A DNA stretch of 64,000 nucleotides from Rhynchobatus australiae. Taxonomy: Eukaryota. Location of the stretch: assembly GCA_034780895.1 (NCBI GenBank), contig JAUZTB010000064.1:59838044-59902043 (forward strand), read 5' to 3'. A program made the position numbers and the translations under genes. Below, one piece after another: positions 52,076 to 63,769 of the stretch. Numbering within the stretch: the first letter of the stretch is position 1; each line of letters opens with the position of its first letter. Under the pieces are notes generated by a model that saw only the letters and a program-made list of their open reading frames with translations, had not been told where the DNA came from and searched no databases.

Positions 52076-55000
52076 CCAAATTTTGGGAGTGAGCAAGTTT
52101 ATAATGTACGTAGACATCACTATCTTCTCAATTCTTTATGCTGGAAAAGGTGCTGACATAATTTCAAGCTAAACTGACCTAAGACATTCGGCAATGGCAC
52201 TGTTTTCTTTTACTGGACTGGAGGCTTTGGTGGAAGAGATGATAAAGACTTCCCATGTCCACAGTGAGCTAGAAAGTCTTCCAGTGGCAGATTCCAAAGG
52301 CCATGGGAGAAGAAATTTCTTTCAATCAGTGCCAAGAATCAAGCCCCAAAGATTCAGGTATAAAAACACAACTCAATAACCTCAATGAAGTTCAATGGGT
52401 CATCAGTGAGTACATTTGTAAATGCCAATAACCCAACTGTAGCACTAGCCTCAGTCCCTGCTTTCAGTGCGCCACACCCCCATCACTCACCTACTAACAG
52501 TCTATTAATCAGGCCTGAGCCAAGCTTTATTTGCTTTAATACACCCTCAGATATTTATCATTGCTGCAAACTTCACATTTATATCTGGAAGCATTGCAAA
52601 TATCCATTCATGACAACTATATTAACCAAGCACATTGTGCCACACCAATGAACAAACTTTACCTGCATGCGTGGAGAAAGTGGCTCACAACTCTAGCAAC
52701 AGTATCTAACTGATGAGCATCAGAAATCAGTGCATCATTTGCCCTACATTAAAATCCATGCCCACTATAACCCAAATTGTCATAAGTGTGTATGGCCAGC
52801 AGTGGAGAGGAAGTCATAGATGGTAGCAGTATCTTCATATCTAATCTTTCATACACCCATTTCACCCTTGTCTCAATCGCCTCTGCTTTACATGAGAGAT
52901 GTTGAAACTCTTGCTTTCTACCCAATAAATCCCCAACTATATTCCTTTTCATATGCCCAAGCACTGCAAAATGGGTAGTGCTGAAGAGTTAAAATATACA
53001 CTGCTAAATCAATTTAATAGTGCCAGAGGTTTCCAGAACTTTAAGTAATTTTCCAAGTCATTTCTAAGCCAGATGCTAGATTAACCACAGAGGTTAATTT
53101 AGTGATAAGATCATCATATGGTGAGTTACCTGCTAATAATAGCCCAATGGAGGGGGAAGGATAACATAGTTGTCTCATTCCAGAGGAAAAAATAAATCAC
53201 CATTGATTTCTGATGCAGAGGAATTGAATGAGGACCATTGAGGCAGCCTGCAGTGGCTGGCAGGTATCCACTGTGGAACAGTTGGTGCATTGAGAGTCCC
53301 ATTTCAAAGATTCAGCACCACCTTGCAGAACACACTCTGCAAAATCTAGAGCCCAACTTTTCTAGCATGGATGTAGTGGCCAGCTCAGTTTTGACGTGCA
53401 GACTTTAATTTCATGCACCATCTGATGGCCAATGCCCAGCTTCTATTACAGCACAATAGAAGCCACCTAATATCTGAACCCTGCAGTGAAGAACTCTGAC
53501 TGCTGTTATGCCTGTGTTCAGAACTTCAGGATATCACAGCAGTCAAATGTTCAACATATTATGGGATTGCTAACACAGCTCCTAGGAACAATGGTTCTTA
53601 AGAGCACAGATCTGCTAAACTCCCACAAGTATCTTTACTGTTGCACACCAGCTTGTCAGCCTTGTTACCTACAGCTCCTACAGAGGACAAGCCTAAAGCG
53701 GAGACTTATTACCAAAAGCAGCACAACCAGTTGAACTCAGACAAGTTGGGTTACAAACCTAGGTTACCCTCTCTTTATCCAGCTACTCCTCATATATAGC
53801 TTGGGTCATGGAACAAACCTTCATGATGCCAGAGGTCCTTGTGGTAAGATGCTGAATGTAACTAAAGGGTTACAAGCATCTTTCTCTGTTAGGACAATTT
53901 GTTTTTCCCCAGGAGTTACTGAAACTGTGTTGTGAAACAGCAAGACATCAATATGGATGGTAGCCCCAAGCATTAATTGGGTGCAGTTAAACAGGCAGCT
54001 TTGCAAAACAATCAGGGTCTGCTTGAGCCAAGTGAGACAATGGGGAGTGTTAATTTGCCCATCAGACAAGATCCCAGGGCGTTGCTTGAGTTTGTCACAA
54101 ACCTTTCTCAGCTGCGCACTCATGGAGCCACCCGCCCGCTAGAAGATTGAAAATTTTTCTGTTCATTAACAGTTGAATTTTTCTGCACTAATGACCGTTG
54201 AGACTCTCAAAAACAATGGGAAGGTTTAGCAAAGGTGTGGAAACCTTTGTTATGCTAGGACCAAATGAGGCACAAAGGCCTCCTTGACTATAAAGATGCA
54301 TCCCACAAGAGTCCTTCAGAGCTTCTCCACAAGTTGGTTCATGGCCAACACCTGCCAACTGTCAAAATCTTCTGAAGTACCCCAGGACTCCCCTTCAGTG
54401 ATAGACTGAGTGGCAGAGAACACAATGTTGCCAAGTACTGGATGCCAATAAGTATTGCTGAGAACTACATGCAAACTTGAGGTCAATTTTACCAGGGAAG
54501 TGGTAAGTGGAAGAGTTTGGGATTTTGGTTCTGTTTCTTTTCATTTGGGTTGATTAGATTTGTGTAGTGTTACAGACTAGGTTACTATTGGCAAATGTCC
54601 CTTTAAGATTGTGTGTGTGGGTGGTGTGCTTACATCAACAGNNNNNNNNNNNNNNNNNNNNNNNNNNNNNNNNNNNNNNNNNNNNNNNNNNNNNNNNNNN
54701 NNNNNNNNNNNNNNNNNNNNNNNNNNNNNNNNNNNNNNNNNNNNNNNNNNNNNNNNNNNNNNNNNNNNNNNNNAGGTGTCATTTGGGTTCCAGAGTGGAA
54801 CATTCAAGAGCCTTTTGGGGCGAGGAAGATGCGGTGGAGTCATCACTGCTGAGTAAACACTGAAGGTTTTAGAGATCTCTCTCCCTCCTTCCCCAGAAGG
54901 AAATCAACAAAAACATGCAAGCCTGCAACTTGTTTTAAAGAGGGCAGCCTGATACCAGAAACTTCAGAATGGACCATCAACAATATCTTGAACTTCCATG

Positions 55001-55703
55001 CAGCACTAATCGAAGACATGCCAGCTGCTCAGACAATCAATTACACATGGGCTTACTGTAGATCATTTTGTAGGAGTGCTGGTTGTAGGGAAGTATTAAT
55101 TTTCCACATCCTGGATTTAAAACTGCAGGCATTATGGGTGTTGACATGTTTGCTCCTGGACACTTTGGTGCTCATTATCACTCTTGCCCCCAGGCTACCT
55201 CTGCCCAATTATTAGGTTCAGGAGTAAAATTCTTGACTAGAGAAAGAGCAAGGTTACCATGAGCTGTCAGATATGGAGGCAGCAGCAATAAAAGCCAAAA
55301 ATTGCAGAATAGTCAGACAGCATCTGTTGAGAAAGTTAGCATTTCATGTCAATAGCATTTCTGAAAGAAAATGCTGTATGTTTACTCAATCTGTAGCTGG
55401 TAATCAAAGGTTGAGTGAGAATATCCAGGCTTGAAAACTTACCCAGACACAAATTCTGATTCATCTAGTTTAACACTATGGTAGTCACAGTCAATATTGG
55501 GGAAGTTAATAGTCATCCACCATTAAAACCTTATTAGCCCTACAGCTATCTCCTAATATAGTCACACCTAATTCCCACTGACTACTCAGTGGGGTGGGGG
55601 GAGAGAATAAATTATAGTACAATCTCAAAGATATCACCCCCTTCTTATTCCTAATTTCTATAATTAGGANNNNNNNNNNNNNNNNNNNNNNNNNNNNNNN
55701 NNC

Positions 55704-56750
55704 ATGATGTTCTCCCTAATCAAAAACACAACTCGCCCTCCTCTCACCTCCATCTATATCAGGCCTGTAGCATTTGTATCCTGGAACATTGAGCTGCCAG
55801 TCTTGCCCATCCCTCAACCATACTTCTATAATAGATATCAAAATCCCATGTGCCTACTTATGCCCCAAGTTCATCTGCCTTACCTGTCAAGATCCTTACA
55901 TTAAAATAGATGCAGTTCAGCCTATCACACCTTCCTGTGGCTCCTTGGTCTGTCCTTGCCTACTGGATTTGCTTGCATTAATTTCCTCATTTGCTTCAAG
56001 TTTCTCATCTGTCACACATTCCTTCCAGATTAATTTAAACCCTACACAACTCTAGCAAATCTCCCTCCCAGGACATTGGTTCTTCTCCAGTTCAGGTGCA
56101 ACCCATCCCTCCTGTACAGGTTACCTCTGCCCTTGGTGATCCCAATGGCCAAAGAACCCAAATCCCTCCCTTCTGTACTAACTCATCAGCTACACATTCA
56201 TCTGCACTATTCTTCTATTCCTATCCTTACTGGTGTGTGGCTCTGGGAGTAACCCAGAAATTACAAGCCTGGTGGTCTTGCTTTTTAACCTTCTGCCCAA
56301 CTCCCTATACTGCAGAACCTCATCCCTTTTCCTACCAATATCATTGGTAGAAAACTGTACAGTGACCTCTGGCTGCTCATCCTTCCCCTTGAGTACATTT
56401 TGCACCCAGACCTCCTTGACCCTGGAGGCAACATACCACACTGGATTCTCAACCACAAAATCTCCATCTGTCCCCTTATCAAGTCACTACAGCTGCCCTC
56501 AACTCCATTCTCTCCTACTGTGCATTAGCCAGTCATTGTGCCAGTTATTACCACTCCCCTCCTAAACAGTATCCAAATGAACACTTTTTAGGAGGGGAAT
56601 GACCATAGGAGAATCCTGCACTTCCTGTCTAACCCTCCCCCACCCCCCAGTGGTCATCCAACTGCTGCTTGTGACCACCTCTCTAAAGCTTCCGTCAACG
56701 ATGGCTTAGGTTCATGGATACTCCCAAGGGAGCCCAACTGCAGCTCCAGC
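55704..56750 (-). mobile_element. CR1 LINE 5' region with ORF1 SGNH-esterase-like domain and start of ORF2
   Basis: ORF 56190..56456 (RVKEV..VQNVLKGKDEQPEVTVQFSTNDIGRKRDEVLQ..RELGRRLKSKTTRLVISGLLP) is characteristic of CR1 ORF1. Confidence 0.85.
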
Positions 56751-57334
56751 TTTAGTTTACTTCAAAGCTATCACTGAAGAACTAATTTAACAGGTGCAAT
56801 ATATTAAGTCACATCCCAACACATTTACTTCTGCATATTGCAATCTCATGAAGGTTTAAGCCTTTTCAATTCAAGGAGACTAAAGTAGAAAATACTCTAA
56901 TTTGTTTAGCAATTAGACCACAGTACTTTCTGGTCTTATATCTCAGCCATGAACCATGTCAAATCATAAAAATGAAAAAAACATCACAAGATTCCCAATG
57001 AATTTACTTTGCAAATACAAGCAACTTAGATAACATCAAAAGTTGAATTTTTAATATTTTTCCTTATATATTTTGCTCCCCCCCAAAAAGAGTTCTATTT
57101 AAGGTCAACATGCCCTTAATGAACAAAACTGAAAGACATTTGATAGTAGAGAGTACTTCAGATGAACACTGATTTTGCTTTCAGATGCTTCACAGTATCA
57201 ACAAATGTCAGCAGCATTAAGATTTACAATTTCCCAACCAATAACAAATGTGTTTCACTACAGTGCTGATACTTGCCAGAATGTATCAAGGTACATTAAG
57301 CATTATCTAATCACTCATTGATCAACAAATCAAT

Positions 57335-57453
57335 GAAACAGAGGAACTCAGTGGGTGAGGCAGCATCTATGGAAGGAAGTGGACATTTCAGGTCAAGACC
57401 CTTCATCAGGACATTTCCCTCTATAGATGCTGCCTGACCTGCTGAGTTCCTCC
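57335..57453. repeat. Palindromic Penelope-derived repeat retaining a hammerhead core on the minus strand
   Basis: Arms gaggaactcagtgggtgaggcagcatctat / atagatgctgcctgacctgctgagttcctc; minus-strand CTGATGA-AGGGTCTTGACCT-GAAA at 57409-57386. Confidence 0.75.
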
Positions 57454-58286
57454 TGAAAATGGGCAGTGGCAGATGGAATATAGTGTAGAGAAGTATACAG
57501 TCATACACTTTGGTAGAAGGAATAAAGGCACAGACTATTTTCTAAACTGGGAGAGAATTCTGAAATTGGAGGTGCAAGGGGACTTGGGAGTCCTCGTGCA
57601 GGATTCCCCAAAGGTTAACTTGCAGGTTGAGTTGGCAGTATCCAAGGCAAAGGCAATGTTAGCATTGATTGAGAGGATTAGAACATAAAAGGACACAATG
57701 CTGAAGCTTTGTAAGGTGTTATTCAGACCACATTTGCAGTATTGAGAGTTTTGGGCCCCTATCCAAGGATGTGCTGACATGGAGAAGGTCCAGAGGTTTA
57801 CAAGAATGATCCCAGGGTTACTGTATGAGAAACATTTTATAGCTCTGGGCCTGTACTTGCTGGAGTTTANNNNNNNNNNNNNNNNNNNNNNNNNNNNNNN
57901 NNNNNNNNNNNNNNNNNNNNNNNNNNNNNNNNNNNNNNNNNNNGCCGCACGGAGCGAGAGAGATCTCGAAAACCGTCTGATTACTGTAAGGCCCAGATGG
58001 TGTGGACATGGAGAGGATGCTTCAGGTAGTGGGAGAGTCTAGGACCAGATGGCACATCAGAATAAAAGAACATCCCTTTCCAACAGGGACAATGAGAAAT
58101 TTCTTTAGTCAGAGGATGGTGAATCTGTGTAATACATTGCCATAGATGGCTGTGGAAGCCAAGTCATTCAATACATTTAGAGTAGAGGTTGATAGAATGG
58201 GGTCGAGAGCACAAGATAAATCAGCCACAATTGAATGGCAGAGCAGACTCAATGGGCCAAATGACCCAATTCTGCTTGTCTTGTTT
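57454..58286 (+). mobile_element. CR1 LINE 3' portion inserted into the Penelope-derived palindrome
   Basis: WQMEYSVEKYxVIHFGRRNK...DLGVLV; the palindrome arm resumes at about 58291 (gtgttgctccagattc); ctcc on both sides. Confidence 0.8.
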
Positions 58287-60570
58287 CTCCACTGCAGTGT
58301 TGCTCCAGATTCTTAAATCAAGAATTTAATGGCACCCAGAAGCATTTCAGGCACTTACCTGTATAAGGGTTCATTTCAGGTATCCACTGTCATGTACATT
58401 ATAGTACAGCTGAAAATCAGTTTTGATAAGGATTTACAATCTGAAACATCAATTCCTCTTCCCAGTTGCTTGACCTGATGAGCATTTCCAGCATTTGCTG
58501 TTATTATAAATCTACTGGGAACACTGTACAGGTAGCCCATACATACAAGCATTTGTGACCAGAATAGATTTGCCACCACAACAAATGGGAGCTGTACTGA
58601 GTAGGGTAAAGCTGGAAACACTGAGCAGACTCAGTCAGTAAGGCTGACAACCACTCTTCCCACATGTTCATTCACCTCCACAGCTGTTTGTTCACTTTTG
58701 ACTTGCAACCAGTTCCCTGGAACAGAACTCTGTTGTAACTTGACTTCCTGTGTAGTAATTTGAGTTTAACAAATCTACTGGAGGTTTCTACTGACATTAG
58801 CTTAGTACCCAACCTATCCCAATTTTCTTAAGACTAATTTGCCATTCCCCATGGCATAGTTGGCCCACCAGCAATACTCTGCAGATAGCAATTTAGCCAA
58901 CTACCAGATTTTCCATCCAGTCAATACAGACTTGAAAGTTAAGGAAATTTTAAAAGTGCAATGATCTTCCTATTTTAATGCTGCAAATTAAAGTAACTAA
59001 AAAATTACTTTTGTATATTCTTAGTTTCATTTATGAAGTGTTCAAATACAAGGTCCTAAATCCCTGAAGAACTAACTTTGACACACCAGAAGAGGTTATT
59101 TGTGCAGTTGACTTCTACATTGCAGCAGGTAATAGCAATTCACCCTCACATAATTTAAAGTTTACCAAGAAATCTTAAGATATGGAATAAAAATTTGCTC
59201 ATGAAATGCAGGATTTTATTTGCAACTCACAGCTGACATGGTTTTGCATTACATAAAATTGTGATACATACCATTTTGTAGGAATGCAACCTCCCTGATC
59301 AAGTGTTGTTTGCCTGCCTGAGGACAAAGAACAAATTCTATAGCTGGTTCAAATGATCATGCTCAAAGCCTGAGATAGCACAATGGGAAGCTTGCATTCT
59401 ACTCAGAATGGAGTATAAACATCTCACTGCATCTCAAAGGATCACCTTTTGCTTAGATAGGATTTGCCATGAAGTCTTCTATTGCTGCACATCCTGCATT
59501 CACTTGGAGAACTGGTCACCACTGCTTTTAACAGAAAATGGTCTTGCTGCTTGCAAAAGACCTGTGTCTGCCTATATTATGTACATACTTAACACCTCAG
59601 CTATGGGAAACAATCAATACATTCTAAAAATACAAGGACAACTTAATACATTTCTGCAAAATATAAAGTATTAATGTTTATTGTACAAGTCACTAAATTA
59701 TTCTGGGATGATCAACAAAAACAAGTGAAAGGGCAAATAATCCAAGTTACAATTTAAAAGTTTTGATGCACCACAGAATGTGTTGGATTACATGTTCTCA
59801 CATTTATGCTGCTCCCGGTTTGATTTACCTAGAAAATAGAAAATAGTTTATCATTTTGCAGCAAATTCAGCCCTCTCCATTCACTTGCTCTGGTGTATGT
59901 TTTCACATACACAGAAGATAATACCCATACCAAAACATGGCCTGAGGCTAGCGAAGTTATTAAACGAGATTAGAACACCACACACACACAAAGACCACTG
60001 ATACTATTCAGAAGAGATAAATGCTGGAGGAAGTCAATGGGTCAGGCAGCATCTGGGATAGTCAACATATTGGATTGATATCCTGCATCACAACTAAATA
60101 AGTTGACCTTCCCAGATGCTCCCTGACCCACCAAGTTCCTAGTTTTTTTTGCTTCAGACCAAATACAAGGTAGGTTTTCACGATGCAGTGACTCAATTCT
60201 ATCAGGCACAAAATTACACCAATATTCCCTGGTTATTCATCTCAATTACTGAGAGATCAAATGCTATATTTGCTTAGATACAATCACTATTCTTCAAAAC
60301 CAAAATTTGAGCAATTCACTAGTATAAAATTAATCTGTGGCATTTACAGCATTATATAAACCATACTCATTTTACCATCTTCATTTTTTCCATTAACTCT
60401 GGGGAAAACCCCAAACATACTGAAATGCTTTGAGAGATGGATATCAAACCCGATCATGTATGAAACCCAACTCCCTTCCACCCCCAAAAAAATGTGACTC
60501 AGTATTTTGTGAAATCAGGTAGCATTTATTCATACTCACCCCACTCTCAGCTGCAGTTATAACAGAATAC

Positions 60571-60707
60571 AGTTGTTCCTTACGACAGGATCCAAAGCAA
60601 TGATAATGCATTTTGCTTTGTGTTTTAGAAAGAAATTGCTCTGCCCTTCTGTGTTAGTCATCCAAGACATAATCAGTCTTGGATGGGCAATGATGAAAGG
60701 GGGAGAC
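60571..60707 (-). ncRNA. SNORA26: Box H/ACA snoRNA, SNORA26-like (copy A)
   Basis: Hairpin-hinge-hairpin-tail fold. 5' stem CATCCAAGAC/GTCTTGGATG, H box AGAGCA (60642-60637), 3' stem CAAAGCAA/TTGCTTTG, ACA (60576-60574) 3 nt from the end. Pocket arms TAAAAC and CCTGTC are complementary to conserved 28S GACAGG-UUA-GUUUUA. CTAACACAGAAGGG and TTTGGATCCTGTC..ACAACT match recalled SNORA26. Confidence 0.9.
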
Positions 60708-61983
60708 AAATTAAGAAATTCCAAGCAGCTCAGGCACAACCCCCTTGCACAATCATACCTCATAGCACGTTCTTCCAGATTTCAAATCCCCATTATTTGT
60801 GCTCATTTCATTGCTCTGCAAATGGGGAAAAAATTTAAACAGGTATGACAGCAACAAAATTTAATCATTACAATTTCTGATACAAATCTACAGTTGTTAA
60901 AAAGTTAGCTTTTAATAATCAAGACAGACAAGAGATTCCCTTGCCTTGGATTTGAAGGAATATCTTTGTTACAGGTCTATTTACAGTCCAAACTGACAAG
61001 GTTAAACAAAGTTAAATTCTTCTAGTCTTAAATTTTCTGGTTTCTCCTTTTAACCTCACTTCCCTTAATTTTGGCTCAGTTTATTTCATTAAGTGTATTA
61101 GTTAAAAGCTTTGAAGTTGCACTATACTTACAATATATAAAATCTGACTGCTACAACTGCACACATTAACTTTAAAATCTGAAAAGCCCACAAGTTTTCT
61201 GCCAGTATGATCCAAAATCCAGCAGGACCTTTCGTTTAGATAAAGAAGTGATCTGCAGTTGACATTAAAACCAGAAAGTAGCAATAAGGTACAGATTTTT
61301 TTGCCTGTTCCTCTTGCTGCACCTTCAGGCATTTATCAAATAAAAACACAAGCAATGAAGACTTGGTAACTTAAGAGAACTGTTGTGTCAACAGTCCGTC
61401 AAAGGTGNNNNNNNNNNNNNNNNNNNNNNNNNNNNNNNNNNNNNNNNNNNNNNNNNNNNNNNNNNNNNNNNNNNNNNNNNNNNNNNNNNNNNNNNNNNNN
61501 NNNNNNNCAAAGGTGCCAAACATTTGTAATGCTTCTAAAAGTCACTGACATTCAATATAGTTCAAAAACAAAACTAAACAATCACTATAACACCAGAATT
61601 GCAGTGTGCCTTTTATCCTCACAGCTACAACAATCTGCTAAATTGAATGGACCAGTGGATTTAACCTGCCACAAGATCAAAGAGCAGATTCGCTAACATT
61701 AAAAGCACAATCTCAGAAATTCATGCCATGTCATTGTAGGATATAGCAGCAGTTTGTTTGCAAATTTCAGTGGACCCCCAAGTTCAAAATTTTGATGTTT
61801 GAATGTATTTTAAGGATAAATGTTGGTAGTTTACTATGGATCTTTATACTACACATGCTAACATTCTCACCTGAGGACACCCAATGCTTTGTAAAATGGT
61901 TGCCTCAATGAAAAACATTGAGATTGTAAAGCTGTGCCAACCTTGAATTTCTTCAATGTCCAAGGCAATAACTTAAGAACAAT

Positions 61984-62114
61984 AGCTGTTCCTCACGACA
62001 GGATCCAAAGCACTGACAGCACATTTGCTCTGGGTTTGAGAGAGAAAATAATCTGCCCCTCTGTGTTGGACACCCAAGACACTGTCTGCCTTAAATGGAC
62101 AATGAAGGGGATGC
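61984..62114 (-). ncRNA. SNORA26: Box H/ACA snoRNA, SNORA26-like (copy B)
   Basis: Paralogue of copy A: H box AGATTA (62054-62049), GCTTTGGATCCTGTCGTGAGGA-ACA-GCT end (ACA at 61989-61987), stem CCAGAGCA/TGCTTTGG, 5' hairpin closed by CCCCT/AGGGG. Confidence 0.88.
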
Positions 62115-62362
62115 AAAACAAAACAATTTATACTCAAGACATTTTACTCTTACTGTTCCCCACCTTGATAACTCATAACACTTCCAAATGTACATCCATC
62201 TTCATTTTTGATTGTTTATTCAATTCACCTACAATTGGAGAAGCAGAAACATAATAAAACTACCAAATTTAGGGCTTCATAAGCTTACTTAGAAGCACAT
62301 AATTATGAAGATGCTATTTAAAAATCTGTAAAAAAACTGCAATAGTCAATTAATAGAAAGAA

Positions 62363-62493
62363 GTGTGTTCCTCTAGACAGGATCCAAGACAACAAGAAAA
62401 ATGCCCCGGTCTGAAAGAGAAAATTATTTACCCCTTGGTAATGGCCATTTAAGACACTGATCATCTTAGATGGGCAAAGCTGAGAAGGGGGAT
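62363..62493 (-). ncRNA. Box H/ACA snoRNA of the SNORA26/SNORA27 family, SNORA27-like 5' hairpin (copy C)
   Basis: H box AAATAA (62429-62424), ACA at 62368-62366, 3' end TGTCTTGGATCCTGTCTAGAGGA-ACA. The 5' part CCCCCTTCTCAGCTTTGCC...TGTCTTAAATGGCCATT..AGGGG resembles recalled SNORA27 more than SNORA26. Confidence 0.83.
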
Positions 62494-63419
62494 TTGGACA
62501 ATGAAACCCAATTATCAGCATTACTGCTGACTCAATCTAATTGATCTTAAAAATTTTGCAAATATAAATTACTTCAAATCATCCACAACCCTGAACTTTA
62601 CGGTTTCATCATCTTGTCATCAATTGTTGCCAGTCTCGTTTGTGTGGTTTGAAGCCCAAAAGCATGAATCAGTTAGTAATAAAATGGAACTGCCAAAAAT
62701 AAAGTTTCCCTTCTAATTTGAAAGATCCAATACCATATTCCCACTGCCCTAGTTGAGATTTACCGACTGAGCAAAGACAAAAATTAAAATGAGTTTATGG
62801 TTCATTTCAGGTTAAATCAGTCACCATCTCATCTTTTCTTCCCAACTCACAGGCTATTGCATTACAAACCAATCTCTTCCCTCAAGTTTCTTCATTGGAA
62901 TCCATGAGATTTGGTTTCCAGTTCCAGCAGAATGGAAATGGCAAAAATAATGTTCAAATGTGACCACTGTTCTCAACCTGTGTTCAACCAAATGTGTTCA
63001 TTGTTCTCAACCTACTGGCATTGTAGCCCAACAGCTGGCCACTACACCCATAGCAAATTATATCCATAGCCCAGCAGGCTGCAATTCCTCACTTGGTTGC
63101 ATTCTTGTTTAAACTAGCTCAGACACCTACAATGGTTTCTCTCCCCTCAGGTGATATTACCCTTACAGCAGCCAAGCCCACCCCCCAACCTCATGCTCAG
63201 GATACTTACTAGTGCCCTTACACTCCTTGTCTACATTAGTGATATTAAAATAAAACACCTACCACAACAAGCTTCTCAACCCAAAGCAACGATTGCTTAT
63301 TTCCCTCCATAGATGCTGCCTGACCTACTGAGTTTCTCCAGCATTTTGTGTGCATTGCACAAGCATTTTGTTACCTCTTCCAAAACTCCTATTTCAAATG
63401 TGTCGCTGTATATGAATGA

Positions 63420-63715
63420 ATCATGTAGCAAGGAAACAGGCCCATAGTTCCGATGGGCCCACGCCGACCAGCTTACACTAATGCCATTGTATTCCCCGCA
63501 CATTCTCATCAACTCTCCCCCAGGTTCTACCCTCCCATCTGCACACAAGGGGGCAATTTAGTGACTAATTACCCTACCACTCTGCACGTCTTTGGGATGT
63601 GGGAAGAAAGCAGAGCAGCCGGAGAAAACCCATGCGGTCACAGGGAGAACGTACGAACTCCGGAGGTCAGCATCGACCATGGGTGGTTAGAGCCACCAGT
63701 TGCACCACCTTACCA
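63420..63715 (-). mobile_element. HE1/V-SINE
   Basis: gtctttgggatgtgggaagaaagcagagcagccggagaaaacccatgcggtcacagggagaacgtacgaactcc V-domain. CpGs are still present, so it is young or lies in an unmethylated region. Confidence 0.85.
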
Positions 63716-63769
63716 CCCCCTTAAAAACCACGTGCTCCACTTAGATTAAGAAATATTAAATTTCACCTG

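Noticed and set aside
57380-57415. Active hammerhead ribozyme
   Set aside because: The core CUGAUGA/GAAA is intact, but stem I is lost through a central deletion and ACGU is mutated to AUGU; probably inactive.
60531-60553. 11-nt micro-exon (cag|CTGAGAGTGGG|gtgagt) just 3' of snoRNA copy A
   Set aside because: The acceptor is only about 18 nt from the snoRNA end, leaving little room for a branch point; not supportable without transcripts.
61605-61709. Nested inverted repeats ending in ACA on the minus strand (fourth snoRNA?)
   Set aside because: No H box or second hairpin, the stem is too long, and it overlaps a decayed DeuSINE tail.
61865-61875. Strong donor CAG|gtgaga as a host-gene exon end
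   Set aside because: It lies in DeuSINE-derived sequence whose consensus already contains this motif, and there is no convincing acceptor upstream.
62515-62612. Possible C/D snoRNA (ATGATGA at 62612-62606, CTGA at 62518-62515; SNORD102 would be expected in an RPL21 paralogue)
   Set aside because: No terminal stem, no recognisable rRNA antisense element, and it overlaps a candidate exon/donor.
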